A DNA stretch of 64,000 nucleotides from Syntrophorhabdaceae bacterium (GTDB taxonomy: Bacteria > Desulfobacterota > Syntrophorhabdia > Syntrophorhabdales > Syntrophorhabdaceae), in NCBI GenBank assembly GCA_963665295.1, contig OY762209.1:5344001-5408000 (forward strand). Direction: 5' to 3'. This document shows, piece by piece, positions 31,447 through 42,017 of the stretch. The number at the start of each line of letters is the position of its first letter. Within the stretch, counting starts at the first letter, position 1. The position numbers were made by a program, and so were the translations under genes. The notes beneath the pieces were generated by a model. That model saw only the letters and a program-made list of their open reading frames with translations. It was not told where the DNA came from and searched no databases.

Positions 31447-32991
31447 TACCATCTCGATCAGGTGTGGCCCGGGCTCCACAAGAGCCCGCCTGAGTTCCCG
31501 GGCAAGGTCTTCCGCAGTGTCTACCGCCGTGCCCGGCACCCCGAACCCTCCGGCAATCTTCACCCAGTCGATGGACGGGCGGCCGAGGTCTGTAAGGGAG
31601 CGCGCACCGGGGCCCGGAGAGAAAAGGCCCGCGCGCTCGAACTCTACCCTCACGATATTATAGCTTCTGTTTGAGCAGATGAGGGTGGTCACGTCGAGAC
31701 CCTCCCGCGCCTGGGTCCAGAGAGCCTGCACCGTATAGAGGGCACTCCCGTCGGCCTGGAAGTCGATCACGGGCCGGTCCGGGCACGCAAGGGCCGCGCC
31801 TGTAGCCGCAGGTATCCCGTATCCGATGGCGCCTCCCGCGATGGTCATAAGACTCATTCGGGGTAAACCTGCGGTGAGGGGATAGTACCCGAAGACCGTA
31901 GTCAATCCTTCGTCCACGACGATCGCCCCTTCCGGCTGAATTGCCGCAAGGGTGAGACAGGCTTTTTCCGCGGTCAGCCCGCCATGGGGGACGGCAGGCC
32001 GGTCGAGTCCCGTTGCGTCTTCTCCCCCGCCCTTCGACGCACCCGTTGATTCAAGTACATCGACCAGCCATTGAAGGGCCTCGATCACGCTTTGCCTGTC
32101 CGTGCAGAGTTGGGCCTTTTCCTGGTCCTTTGTGAGCAGGTAGCTGGGTATGCCTTCGTACCCGAAAAAGGTGACGGGTTCCGCGGCCCCCGCGAGTACC
32201 ACCGATTCATACCCGGAAAGCATGGATAATGCAGGTTCGGGGAAATAGGGTATTCGGCCGACAGGGGGCAGTCCCGCCCCGCGTTCCATCAGGGGAGGGA
32301 AACTCCCTGTAAGCAGGTCGCACCCCGTGAGGGCCCTCACACGGCCCGCGAGCCTGAGACCGGGCTCCATAAGGGCGGCCCCTCCGAGAATAATCGCCGA
32401 CCTTGGGCCCCTCGCGAGGCTGCGGGCGGCCTTTTCAATCATACCCGCCTCAAGGGCCTCGAAAGACGGCCGGGGCAAATCGATCGTCCCGGCCCTCACC
32501 TCCGCCGCCTGATAGTCGCTGGGCACGATGAGGCTCGATATCCGCCCCGGGGCGGCGGCAAAAATGGCATCGGCCATGTCTTTGGAAAGGTCCTCCGGTG
32601 CGCCGTTCGTGCGGACCCACCCGGAGACCGTCCCGGCGAGGGACTCGATATCCATTGTCAGGGGCGCGTCGGCCGACCTGTGCCACGTGGCGTGTTCGCC
32701 GATCACGTTGACGAGAGGAGTCCGGGCCCGCCTCGCATTGTGAAGGTTTGCAATGCCGTTCGCAAAACCGGGACCCAGGTGGAGAAGGGTCATGGCGGGA
32801 GTCCCCTTCATGCGCCCGTACCCATCCGCGGCGCCCGTGCATACCCCTTCAAAGAGACCCAGTACGGGTCTCATTCCCGGCAACTCGTCGAAAGCCGCGG
32901 CCAGAAGCGTTTCCGTGGTGCCCGGATTGGCAAAACATATTTCGATGCCACCCGCGATAGCCGTCTTCAACAAAAGAATAGCCCCGTTCAT
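31438..32991 (-). CDS. Thiamine pyrophosphate enzyme (acetolactate synthase large subunit/benzoylformate decarboxylase-like)
   Basis: FANPGTTE, LFEGVCTGAADGY, ADGSALY...NRSY TPP motif. Confidence 0.9.
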   Translation of the reverse strand: MNGAILLLKTAIAGGIEICFANPGTTETLLAAAFDELPGMRPVLGLFEGVCTGAADGYGRMKGTPAMTLLHLGPGFANGIANLHNARRARTPLVNVIGEHATWHRSADAPLTMDIESLAGTVSGWVRTNGAPEDLSKDMADAIFAAAPGRISSLIVPSDYQAAEVRAGTIDLPRPSFEALEAGMIEKAARSLARGPRSAIILGGAALMEPGLRLAGRVRALTGCDLLTGSFPPLMERGAGLPPVGRIPYFPEPALSMLSGYESVVLAGAAEPVTFFGYEGIPSYLLTKDQEKAQLCTDRQSVIEALQWLVDVLESTGASKGGGEDATGLDRPAVPHGGLTAEKACLTLAAIQPEGAIVVDEGLTTVFGYYPLTAGLPRMSLMTIAGGAIGYGIPAATGAALACPDRPVIDFQADGSALYTVQALWTQAREGLDVTTLICSNRSYNIVRVEFERAGLFSPGPGARSLTDLGRPSIDWVKIAGGFGVPGTAVDTAEDLARELRRALVEPGPHLIEMVLP

Positions 32992-33102
32992 TCGACCTCC
33001 CTTTTCTTTCTTTCGGTTATTCATCCTAATTGTAGTAAATATAAGGATCGGAAACAACATTTTTGCGCCGGTCCCGCGAGGTGAGCCGGCGGACGTTCCG
33101 CC

Positions 33103-33825
33103 TTACGTCCCGACAGGGAGATAACCCTGCTCATACTGGGAGCGGACGCAGTATTCCAGGTACTCCCGCACAAGGCTCTCAGGCTCGTATGCCCCCGAAT
33201 GTCCGTCGCATAGTATATCCGCCTTGAGGGAGTAGAGCTTTGCCACGGATTCCATCCAGGAAGCGGGGTCGCAGTCGAAATCCTTGAGCAGGGGAGCGCC
33301 GATATCCTGGGCAAAGAGCACTTTCCTGCCGTCCCTTTCCATGAGGACCGAGATGGAGCCGGGCGTGTGTCCGGGCGTGTGGAGGCATGTGAATTTCTGC
33401 CCTCCCACGTAAAGGTCTTCTTCTTCCCCGTGGAGCGTGACGTCGAGGGAAAAAGGTTCGAGGATGACCTTGAAACAGAACGCCGCGGTCAGCCGCTGGT
33501 CCCCCGCCTCCACGAGCCGCGCGTCAAGCTCGTGCATCACAAGACGGCTGCCGAACCTCTCCCGGAGTTTCGTCGCCCCTCCCATGTGGTCGAAATGGCA
33601 ATGGGTGAGGATAATTGTAGATATGTTCCGGGGATCGAACCCCGCCTTCCCGATACTCGCCACCATCCGGTCCGGCCTGAATCCGGACCCGCTGTCAATG
33701 AGCACCAACTCTCCACAGTCGATGATATAGGCGGCGCAATCCCTCGGATCGGTCAGGTCGTGGCCGCTTACCCGGTAGATACCCCGGGCCACCTCTTTCG
33801 GCTCCCTATTTGTCTCTTTCGACAT
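33103..33825 (-). CDS. MBL-fold metallo-hydrolase
   Basis: THCHFDH, TPGHTPGS, GH motifs. Confidence 0.92.
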   Translation of the reverse strand: MSKETNREPKEVARGIYRVSGHDLTDPRDCAAYIIDCGELVLIDSGSGFRPDRMVASIGKAGFDPRNISTIILTHCHFDHMGGATKLRERFGSRLVMHELDARLVEAGDQRLTAAFCFKVILEPFSLDVTLHGEEEDLYVGGQKFTCLHTPGHTPGSISVLMERDGRKVLFAQDIGAPLLKDFDCDPASWMESVAKLYSLKADILCDGHSGAYEPESLVREYLEYCVRSQYEQGYLPVGT

Positions 33826-33901
33826 GTCTCACATGGACGACCGCAGGGCGGCGCGTACATCCTGCCCGTCTCCCCACGGCATCTGTCACCTTTTGTATTA
33901 A

Positions 33902-34738
33902 TTACCGGAGTTGATAGTGTCTCCTGGGATCGAATATATCCCGCAATCCCTCCCCGAGAAGATTATAACCCATAACGGTGAGAAAAATCGCGAGCCCCGG
34001 ATATAGACTCAACCACCATGCCACCTCTATGTTGTCCTTCGCCGCGGTCAGGATGTTGCCCCAGCTCGGTGTGGGCGGCTGGACCCCGATGCCGAGGAAG
34101 CTCAACGCGGATTCCGTGAGGATGGCCCCTCCGATGCCCAGGGTTGCCACCACGTAGACCGGTGAAAGGGCGTTCGGCAGCACGTGATGGAAGATGATCC
34201 TGAATTCCGGAAAACCCTGGGTCTTTGCGGCAAGGATATATTCCTTGCCCTTTATGCTCAGTATTTCAGCCCTCACGAGGCGGGCGATGCCCATCCAGTT
34301 GGTAAGTCCGATAACAATCATGATGTTCCATATGCTCGGTTCGAGGATGGCTATGACGGCAAGAATAAGGAAAAAGGTGGGGAAACACATCATGAGGTCG
34401 ACAAACCTCATGACCAGTTCATCGACGATACCGCCGTAGTAACCGGAAACCGCCCCTATAAGAATACCTATGAGCGTGGCGATTCCCACGGATACGAACC
34501 CCACGAGAAGTGAAATCCTGCTCCCGTAGATAACCCGGGAAAAAACGTCTCTCCCAAGGGTGTCGGTGCCGAAGGGGTGGGAGAGGGACGGGGACGCGAG
34601 AATGCTTTTCAGGTCCGGCTCCACCGGGTCGTGAGGCGCAATAAGGGGGGCAAAAAAGGCGCAAAGGAACATGGGAGCGAGGATAATGACACCCACAAGG
34701 GCAAGGTTGTGTCGACTTATTCTCCTGAGCAGTTCCAT
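33902..34738 (-). CDS. Peptide/nickel ABC transporter permease (OppC/DppC)
   Basis: HPFGTDTLGRD, ARLVRAE...EYILAA, LSFLGIGVQPPTPSWG, GEGLRD. Confidence 0.93.
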   Translation of the reverse strand: MELLRRISRHNLALVGVIILAPMFLCAFFAPLIAPHDPVEPDLKSILASPSLSHPFGTDTLGRDVFSRVIYGSRISLLVGFVSVGIATLIGILIGAVSGYYGGIVDELVMRFVDLMMCFPTFFLILAVIAILEPSIWNIMIVIGLTNWMGIARLVRAEILSIKGKEYILAAKTQGFPEFRIIFHHVLPNALSPVYVVATLGIGGAILTESALSFLGIGVQPPTPSWGNILTAAKDNIEVAWWLSLYPGLAIFLTVMGYNLLGEGLRDIFDPRRHYQLR

Positions 34739-34920
34739 CTCTATTCCCGGGATTCTCCCGTTTTCGGCGCAGAGGGCTCCGAAAAACCCTCACCTTTGTA
34801 GTTATATAGCATTAAAGCCCACAATGCCGCAATACTCTACCGGGCCGTGTGCGCCGCAGTCCGCGCGAAGCCTGCAAGGGCCTCCTGGCGCGACCGGCCC
34901 GGAAGCAGGGCTGAGTCTTA

Positions 34921-36282
34921 TCATTCGAGACGGTTCAGGGTCTCGGGGATCAGTTCGGAGAGGGCGGGGAAGATGTGCATTGTGTCGGTGATGGCCCTGT
35001 AACTCTCGTTCCGGGCCACTACGTGCACCACCTCCTGGATAAGGGTTGCCGCCTCGGGGCCGATTATGTGAAAGCCGAGTATCCGCTCCGTCTTCTTGTC
35101 AACAATGGCTTTCGCAAAGCCTTCATACTCCATCCTCACATCTCCCTGGACGATATCGCAATAATGCGCCTTTCCCACCTTGATTTCGAAGGAGCGGGCG
35201 GCCTCGGCCTCTGTCAGTCCTATGGAGGCGATTTGGGGCACGGTGAAAACGGCGTGGGGGACTACGGAGAAATCCCATTTCTGCTTATCCTCGTGCCACG
35301 CATTGTGCCACACGATGCGCGTTTCGTGGTCCGCCGCGTGGGTAAACATACCTTTTCCCGTGGCGTCTCCGAGGGCAAAGATCCCGGGCGCCCCGGTCTC
35401 AAGGTAATCGTTTACCTTGATGAACCCGCTTCGGGTCAGCTCAACGCCCGTCTTTTCCACGGCGAGCCTGTCGGCGTTCGACTTTCTTCCCGCGGCGATG
35501 AGAATCCGCCGGCCCTCCAGCACCTTCTCTCCCCCTGTGGTCCGGTCCTTTACGGTAAGGGCGTACCCATCGCCTTTCCCCGCTAGGGAAAGGGCCTCGC
35601 AACTCGTATGTATTTCCATTCTCCTGCCGAGAGACTCCAGGAGGAGCCGTGATATGTCCGGTTCCTCGAAGGAGACGAGCCTGTCGCCGTATTCTACCAC
35701 CGAGACCTTCGAGCCCACACCTGCGAAGAAGTGGGCGTATTCCACGCCGATATAGCTTCCTCCGACGATAATTATACTCTCGGGCAATTCGTCCATCTCG
35801 AGAAGAGACTCATTGGTGAGATAGGGCACGTCCGTGAGGCCTTTAATGGGAGGGATGGCGGGCCTCGCCCCGGAGGCGATGAATATCACCTTTGCCGTCA
35901 TCTCAACGCCTCCTGCCTCAATCGTATAAGGCCCCGTAAAGCGTCCCTCGGCCTCGTAGAAATCAAGGTTCTCCGATTCCGCGAGGTCTTTCCGAAGAAA
36001 GTCCACGCCCTCCTTTCTTGTGTCCTTCATCCGTTTCATGATTGCGGGAAAATCTATGGACTTGAGATCGGCGTGAACGCCGAGTTTTTTCGCGTGCTCC
36101 ATCTCCATTACCAGGTCCGCCGTGTGGAGGAGGGTCTTGGACGGCACACAGCCCACGTTCATGCATGTCCCCCCGATATGCTCCCGGGCTACCAGGGCAA
36201 CCTTCCTGTTCTCCGCGAGGGCCTTGAATGCCACAGTCAGGCCGGAGCCGGCGCCGATCACGATAACGTCATACTCTTTCAT
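34921..36282 (-). CDS. Pyridine nucleotide-disulfide oxidoreductase (dihydrolipoyl dehydrogenase family)
   Basis: GAGSG, GGTCMNVGCVPSK redox disulfide, HIFPALSE. Confidence 0.92.
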   Translation of the reverse strand: MKEYDVIVIGAGSGLTVAFKALAENRKVALVAREHIGGTCMNVGCVPSKTLLHTADLVMEMEHAKKLGVHADLKSIDFPAIMKRMKDTRKEGVDFLRKDLAESENLDFYEAEGRFTGPYTIEAGGVEMTAKVIFIASGARPAIPPIKGLTDVPYLTNESLLEMDELPESIIIVGGSYIGVEYAHFFAGVGSKVSVVEYGDRLVSFEEPDISRLLLESLGRRMEIHTSCEALSLAGKGDGYALTVKDRTTGGEKVLEGRRILIAAGRKSNADRLAVEKTGVELTRSGFIKVNDYLETGAPGIFALGDATGKGMFTHAADHETRIVWHNAWHEDKQKWDFSVVPHAVFTVPQIASIGLTEAEAARSFEIKVGKAHYCDIVQGDVRMEYEGFAKAIVDKKTERILGFHIIGPEAATLIQEVVHVVARNESYRAITDTMHIFPALSELIPETLNRLE

Positions 36283-36492
36283 GGGTTTCCTCCTCTCGAT
36301 CACTATGCGGGAATGGTCCCGTACAGGAGAAATATAAGTATGAGTCACGGCAGGCGCAAAGGATGTCCTGCGGGTTGCGCTGGAACGTTTTTTTGGTTAT
36401 ATTCTCACATTCGTGACAATAGGGGCCCGGATATCCCGGGACAACATTTCGTCATGAAAATAAAAGACCGGCGGTGTATTCGGCACAGCCGG

Positions 36493-38934
36493 ATGGGTTG
36501 GCCCGTGGAAGAACAAAGATCCCCTTCAAACAGACCGGCGAACGTCCTCGTGGGCGTCTTCCTGCTGGCGGGACTATACCTTTCGAGCCTTCACAGTTTC
36601 ATCCTCTTTCACAGTATCGCGGAAGGGTTCTGTATTGTCATCGCCACGGGCTTGTTCATGCTCGCCTGGAATTCGCGCCGCTTCATCGATAACAACTACC
36701 TCCTTTTTGTGGGTATTGCGTACCTCTTCATCGGATTCCTCGATTTTGCCCATACCATCTCTTACAAGGGGATGGGCGTGTTTCACGGGTATCGTGACGA
36801 TCTGCAGACACAGATATGGGTTGTCACCCGGTATATGGACAGCTTGACCCTCCTCATAGCGCCGTTCACCCTCGGCCGCAGGCTTCGGCCCCGACTGGTC
36901 CTCGCAGGCTACTCCCTGGTCTCCGCCCTTGCTCTTCTCTCTATCTTCTCCTGGGACATATTCCCCCTTTGTTTCATCAACGGGGTCGGGGTAACCCCTT
37001 TCAAAAGCATCAGCGAATATCTCGTTTCCTCCATATTCCTTCTCTCCCTCTGGATGCTCTACCGAAAACGGGAATCCTTCGACGAAAGTGTTTTCAGGAT
37101 GCTCGCGGCATCGATCGTGGTAAGCATTGTTGCCGAACTCTGCTTCGCCAGGTACCTGAGCCTTTACGGCCCCGCCAATGTCGGGGGACACCTCCTGAAA
37201 CTTATTGCCTATTACCTCACCTACAGGGCGCTCATAGAGACGGGACTCACAAAACCCTACGACTTGCTATTCCGGAACCTGAAGCAGAGCGAAGAGGCCC
37301 TGCGGGGGAGCGAGGAGCGCTATCGCAGCCTGGTGGAACTCTCTCCCGACGCGGTGTTTGTGACCCGCAAAGACCGGATCGTCTTCGTGAACCCCGCGGC
37401 GGTTCAGGCCTTCGGAGCAACCGACGCCGGGCAGGTACTCGGCAGGTCCCCCTACGACCTGTTCCATCCCGACTATCATCCCACCATGAGAGAGGAGACG
37501 CGAAGACTCCTCGCCGGTGGGACCGCGCTCCTTGCGGACAGCCGTATCGTGCGGTTGGACGGTTCGGTGAGGTATGTGGAAGTGGCGGCAAGCCACTTCA
37601 TCGACAGGGACGGTCCCGCCATTCAGGCCGTTTTTCACGATGTCACCGAGCGCAGGCAGAATGAAGAGAAGCTGAAGAGGGCCCACGACCACCTGGAGGA
37701 ACAGGTGAAGGAAAGGACCTGTCAACTGACCCAGGCTTACGAATCACTCCGTACCGGGATCGAGGAGCGGAAAGTGATGGAGGAGCGGCTCCGCCAGACA
37801 CAAAAGATGGAGGCCATCGGCACCCTTGCGGGAGGTATTGCCCATGATTTCAATAATATCCTTGCCGGTATCATCGGCTTCACCGAAATGGCAATCGATG
37901 ATCTGTCACCCGGTAGCCCTCTCCATCGAAGGTTGAGCCTGGTCCTCAAGGCCGGATACAGGGGCCGGGACCTCGTGCGCCAGATCCTTGCCTTCAGCCG
38001 CCAGTCGGGTCACGAAAAGAAGCTTGTCCCTTTGCACGACGTAGTCGAGGAAGCATTAAAGCTCCTGAGGCCTGCCCTTCCATCCACCATCGACATCAAG
38101 ACCGATCTTCTCAATTGCCGGGATATTGTATTCGCCGATCCCGTTCAGATGCACCAGATATTCATGAACCTCTGCACCAATGCGGCTTTTGCCATGCGCG
38201 ACCAGGGCGGAGTACTCGTGGTGAGCCTCACCGACGTGGACCTCAGGGATGCTGAGGCAAGTCCTTATCCGGACGCCTCGCCCGGCGCCTATATAAGGCT
38301 TTCCGTAAGCGACACGGGGTGCGGCATAGGCGACACCGATCTGCAAAAGATCTTCGACCCCTTCTTCACCACGAAAGGTCCCGGTGAGGGGACCGGCCTG
38401 GGCCTTTCCGTGGTCCACGGCATAGTGAAAAACCACGGCGGCTTCGTCTCCGTCTATAGCGAACGCGGAAGGGGGTCCGTTTTTCACATATACCTCCCGC
38501 GGGCTGAGGAGACCCGAGGCCTTTCAGGCAAAACGCGACCCCAGGCACAGGGCGGAAACGAATGCATTCTCTTTGTGGATGACGAAGAGATACTCGTTGA
38601 GATGAACCAGCAGAGGCTTTCAAACATGGGCTACACGGTCGTGGCATGCAGCGACGCCGTTGAGGCGCTCAAGGCATTCAGCCGGGAACCGGACCGCTTT
38701 GACCTCGTCATCACCGACTACACCATGCCCCATATGACGGGTATGGACCTGTCCCTGGAGATTCTCAAGGTAAGGCCCGATATCCCCATCATCCTCAGTT
38801 CCGGACTCAACGAGACTATTACCCCGGAAAGGATAAAGGAAGCGGGACTCAGGGCTTTTGTCGCCAAGACCGTGGGCAGGAAGGAACTGAACGACCTCAT
38901 TCGGAAGACCCTCGACGAAGCCAAGGGTTTGTGA
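36493..38934 (+). CDS. Membrane hybrid histidine kinase (MASE3-PAS-HisKA-HATPase-REC)
   Basis: FHSIAE...LDFAHTISYKGM MASE3-like multi-TM region, PAS, AHDFNN, receiver; start approximate. Confidence 0.9.
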   Translation: MGWPVEEQRSPSNRPANVLVGVFLLAGLYLSSLHSFILFHSIAEGFCIVIATGLFMLAWNSRRFIDNNYLLFVGIAYLFIGFLDFAHTISYKGMGVFHGYRDDLQTQIWVVTRYMDSLTLLIAPFTLGRRLRPRLVLAGYSLVSALALLSIFSWDIFPLCFINGVGVTPFKSISEYLVSSIFLLSLWMLYRKRESFDESVFRMLAASIVVSIVAELCFARYLSLYGPANVGGHLLKLIAYYLTYRALIETGLTKPYDLLFRNLKQSEEALRGSEERYRSLVELSPDAVFVTRKDRIVFVNPAAVQAFGATDAGQVLGRSPYDLFHPDYHPTMREETRRLLAGGTALLADSRIVRLDGSVRYVEVAASHFIDRDGPAIQAVFHDVTERRQNEEKLKRAHDHLEEQVKERTCQLTQAYESLRTGIEERKVMEERLRQTQKMEAIGTLAGGIAHDFNNILAGIIGFTEMAIDDLSPGSPLHRRLSLVLKAGYRGRDLVRQILAFSRQSGHEKKLVPLHDVVEEALKLLRPALPSTIDIKTDLLNCRDIVFADPVQMHQIFMNLCTNAAFAMRDQGGVLVVSLTDVDLRDAEASPYPDASPGAYIRLSVSDTGCGIGDTDLQKIFDPFFTTKGPGEGTGLGLSVVHGIVKNHGGFVSVYSERGRGSVFHIYLPRAEETRGLSGKTRPQAQGGNECILFVDDEEILVEMNQQRLSNMGYTVVACSDAVEALKAFSREPDRFDLVITDYTMPHMTGMDLSLEILKVRPDIPIILSSGLNETITPERIKEAGLRAFVAKTVGRKELNDLIRKTLDEAKGL

Positions 38935-39029
38935 CCCGCCCCCCCAGACACAACAAAGGGTCAAATCTCCATCCCATGAACGGAGACCTGACCCTGATCT
39001 GTTCTTCGACTGAGGGCTTTCGCCCTTTC

Positions 39030-39620
39030 CTACTCCTTCACTTCCGGGAAGGCGAGGGCCCTGGTGAGCACGTAGGCCGCCTGGAGCGCTTCCGTGGGAC
39101 ACAGAGGGAAGCATTCCTTGCAGTTCCAGCACTCCTTTGCCGCGATCTCCGGAATAAAGCTTATCTCCTTCCGTATACCCCTGTCCACGAAGCCGATGGC
39201 GTTCTTCTTCTTCACCTCGGCACAGTACCGTACGCAGAGGCCGCAGTGGATGCAGAAGGAAGGTTCCTTCTCAAAGCAGTTCCTGTCCGCCCCGTACTCT
39301 TCCGCAAGGTCCTTAAGGTCAAAGGCATCGGGCGCATGGGCAAGGAGGAGCTGGAGGATCATCTTGCGTATCCTGTCCACCTTCTCCGAGCGGGTACGGA
39401 CTATGAGGTTCTTCTCCACCGGATAGACACAGGAGACGACCAGCCGGGAGGAGCCCCGGCTTTCCACCTCCACCGTGCAGAGCCGGCATCCCCCGAAGGG
39501 TTCCAATTCCTTATGGTAACAAAGGGTCGGGATCTTGATCCCTTCTTTCTCCGCTGCCTCGAGGAGGGTCATCCCCTCCGGGGCAGATATTTCTTTCCCG
39601 TCGATCTGTAAGTTTATCAT
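39030..39620 (-). CDS. bamI: Fe-S subunit, NuoG-N-terminal-like (BamI)
   Basis: IPTLC...GGCRLCTVE...SC [2Fe-2S] plus CIHCGLC and CWNCKEC ferredoxin motifs; last gene of the bam cluster. Confidence 0.82.
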   Translation of the reverse strand: MINLQIDGKEISAPEGMTLLEAAEKEGIKIPTLCYHKELEPFGGCRLCTVEVESRGSSRLVVSCVYPVEKNLIVRTRSEKVDRIRKMILQLLLAHAPDAFDLKDLAEEYGADRNCFEKEPSFCIHCGLCVRYCAEVKKKNAIGFVDRGIRKEISFIPEIAAKECWNCKECFPLCPTEALQAAYVLTRALAFPEVKE

Positions 39621-41545
39621 TTTTCTTTGCCCTTTCTGATTATCGTTCTTTCTTCCATAGGGAGAGGAGGCGGAACAGGCTCGCCGGAGATCTTCGTCAC
39701 CGAACGGAAGCGCGGGGGGCAGACCTCAAAGCAGGTTCCACACTTCGTGCATTTCTCCTGGTCAACCACATGGATCTGGTTTTTGCCGCCCACAATCGCA
39801 TTGGCAGGGCATTTCTTAAGGCACGTCATACAGGCCTGGCACTTGGCCGGGTCGATGTAGTACGCGATCAGCTCTTTACAGGAGAGGGCGGGGCACCTCT
39901 TCTCTTTCACATGCGCCTCGTACTCGTCCCTGAAGTACTTCAAGGTGCTTAAGAAGGGGTTGGGCGAGCTTTTGCCCAGGGCGCAGAGCGCCGCTTCTAT
40001 GGCGGTTTCGGATAACTGTTCGAGAAGCTCGATGTCTCCCTCTTTTCCCTTGCCCTCGGTAATGTCGGTCAAGAGCTTCAGCATCTGTCTCATGCCTTCA
40101 CGGCAGGGGACGCACTTGCCGCAGGACTCGTCGGTGAGGAAGTCGAGGAAGTACCTCGCCACATCGACCATGCATGTATCTTCGTCCATGACGATCATAC
40201 CGCCCGAGCCCATCATGGAGCCCGCCTTCGTGAGTTCGTCAAAACCCACGGGCAGATCGAGCATCTCCTCGGGGATACACCCTCCGGAAGGCCCGCCGGT
40301 CTGGACCGCCTTGAACTTCTTGCCTCCGGGGATGCCGCCGCCTATCTTGAAGATGATGTCGCGTAGCGGCGTTCCCATGGGCACTTCCACGAGGCCCGTG
40401 TTGGTGATCTTGCCCACGAGGGAGAAGATCTTCGTGCCCTTGCTGCTCTCGGTGCCGATCTTGGTGAACCAGTCGGCGCCTTTATTGATGATAAGGGGCA
40501 CATTGGCCCAGGTTTCCACATTGTTGAGCACGCTCGGCCTGCCCCAGAGACCTACCACGTTGGAGCGGATGTACTTGGGCCTCGGCTCGCCGGCCCGGCC
40601 TTCGAGGGCGGTCATGAGGGCGGTCGATTCACCGCAGACAAAAGCGCCTGCTCCCTGGTGGACCTTGACCACGAAGTCAAAGCCGGAGCCAAGGATGTTC
40701 TTCCCGAGGAGGCCCAGGTCCTCCGCCTGTTTAATGGCGGTAAAGACGTTCTCCACGGCAAGGGGGTATTCCTGACGGACATAGATGTAGCCTTCATGGG
40801 CGCCTACTGCGTAGGCCCCTATGGTGAGTCCTTCGAGGACCGCATGGGGGTTCCCTTCGAGCAAGCTCCTGTCCATATAGGCGCCGGGGTCGCCTTCATC
40901 GGCATTGACGATGACGTACTTGATATCCCCCGGGGCATTGCGGGACCCTTCCCACTTGACGCCTGCGGGGAAGCCGCCGCCTCCACGTCCGCGGAGGTTC
41001 GCCTTTTTGACTTCACTTAAGACCTCGTCGGAGCTCATCCCTGTCAGGGACTTGGCGAGGGCTGCATACCCGCCGATGGCGAGGTAGTCCTCGATGCTCT
41101 TGGGGTCGATGCTGCTGTTGGAGCCGAAGACGATCCTCTCCTGGTACTTGTAGAAGGGGATATCCGACTCGTGGATGATCTTCTCGTTGGTGACGGGATC
41201 GATATAGAGCAGCCTCTCCACCACCTTCTTCTCTTTTATGGTCTCGGAGATGATCTCGGGGATGTCCTTGGCTTCTATGTTGAAGTAACATATCTCCTCG
41301 GGGTGGATGACCACGATGGGACCCCTCTCGCAGAAGCCGTGGCAACCGGTCCTTCTAATGTCCACCTGACCGGCGAGGCCCTGTTTTTCGATCTCCTCTT
41401 CAATAGCAACGGCAACCTCTCCGCTTCCGGAGGCGTTACACGCGGACCCCGAACAGAGGGTGATGCAGGGTTTGTTCGGGTCTCTCTTCGACAGAATGTC
41501 TTTTCTGAATTCTTCCAATTCAGCGGGTGTATTTATACGCGGCAT
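39617..41545 (-). CDS. bamH: NADH-binding flavoprotein, NuoF/HydB-like (BamH)
   Basis: LRGRGGGGFP, NADEGDPGAYMDR, GAGAFVCGE, ESCGKCVPCREG, C-terminal 2x[4Fe-4S]. Confidence 0.88.
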   Translation of the reverse strand: MPRINTPAELEEFRKDILSKRDPNKPCITLCSGSACNASGSGEVAVAIEEEIEKQGLAGQVDIRRTGCHGFCERGPIVVIHPEEICYFNIEAKDIPEIISETIKEKKVVERLLYIDPVTNEKIIHESDIPFYKYQERIVFGSNSSIDPKSIEDYLAIGGYAALAKSLTGMSSDEVLSEVKKANLRGRGGGGFPAGVKWEGSRNAPGDIKYVIVNADEGDPGAYMDRSLLEGNPHAVLEGLTIGAYAVGAHEGYIYVRQEYPLAVENVFTAIKQAEDLGLLGKNILGSGFDFVVKVHQGAGAFVCGESTALMTALEGRAGEPRPKYIRSNVVGLWGRPSVLNNVETWANVPLIINKGADWFTKIGTESSKGTKIFSLVGKITNTGLVEVPMGTPLRDIIFKIGGGIPGGKKFKAVQTGGPSGGCIPEEMLDLPVGFDELTKAGSMMGSGGMIVMDEDTCMVDVARYFLDFLTDESCGKCVPCREGMRQMLKLLTDITEGKGKEGDIELLEQLSETAIEAALCALGKSSPNPFLSTLKYFRDEYEAHVKEKRCPALSCKELIAYYIDPAKCQACMTCLKKCPANAIVGGKNQIHVVDQEKCTKCGTCFEVCPPRFRSVTKISGEPVPPPLPMEERTIIRKGKEK

Positions 41546-41554
41546 AGTTTTATC

Positions 41555-42007
41555 CTACTCGTAGTTTTTTAGTATCTCTGCTGTCTTGGATGGCGCCATC
41601 TTACCGTGAGTCTTTCCATCCACTTCCATCACGGGTCCCAGAGCACAACAACCGAGGCAGTTCACGGTCTGGAGGCTGAACTTCAGATCCAGGTCCGTCT
41701 CTCCCGGCTTGATCCCCGTCAGGTCCTGAAGCGCGTCGAGGACGCGGGTCGCTCCGCGGACGTGGCAGGCGGTGCCCACACACACGTGGATCTCGTGGCG
41801 TCCCTTGGGAACCAGGCTGAAGGCTTTGTAAAAGGTGGCGATGTGCTGAACCCGGGTCAGGGGGACCTCAAGCTTTTGGGCTACCCTCTCCAGGGCCTCT
41901 TTGGGGAGCCAGTGGTTCTCGCTTTGGATCTCAAGGAGTACCTGAATGAGGGAGCTCGCCTCTCCGTGATGCTTTTCAATGATCTGATCGATTCTCTCGT
42001 TATCCAT
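41555..42007 (-). CDS. bamG: NuoE-like [2Fe-2S] subunit (BamG)
   Basis: ATFY, CVGTACH, CLGCC. Confidence 0.88.
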   Translation of the reverse strand: MDNERIDQIIEKHHGEASSLIQVLLEIQSENHWLPKEALERVAQKLEVPLTRVQHIATFYKAFSLVPKGRHEIHVCVGTACHVRGATRVLDALQDLTGIKPGETDLDLKFSLQTVNCLGCCALGPVMEVDGKTHGKMAPSKTAEILKNYE

Positions 42008-42017
42008 ATAATCTTCC

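Noticed and set aside
36381..36396. Sigma-54-like TGGAAC...TTGG
   Set aside because: Spacing does not give GG-N10-GC
35731..36492. 254-aa N-terminal extension of the MASE3 kinase ORF
   Set aside because: Mostly antisense to the disulfide oxidoreductase gene; no recognisable domain
39030..42007. Respiratory complex I or [FeFe]-hydrogenase genes
   Set aside because: No membrane Nuo subunits and no H-cluster domain; position in the bam cluster identifies them as BamGHI
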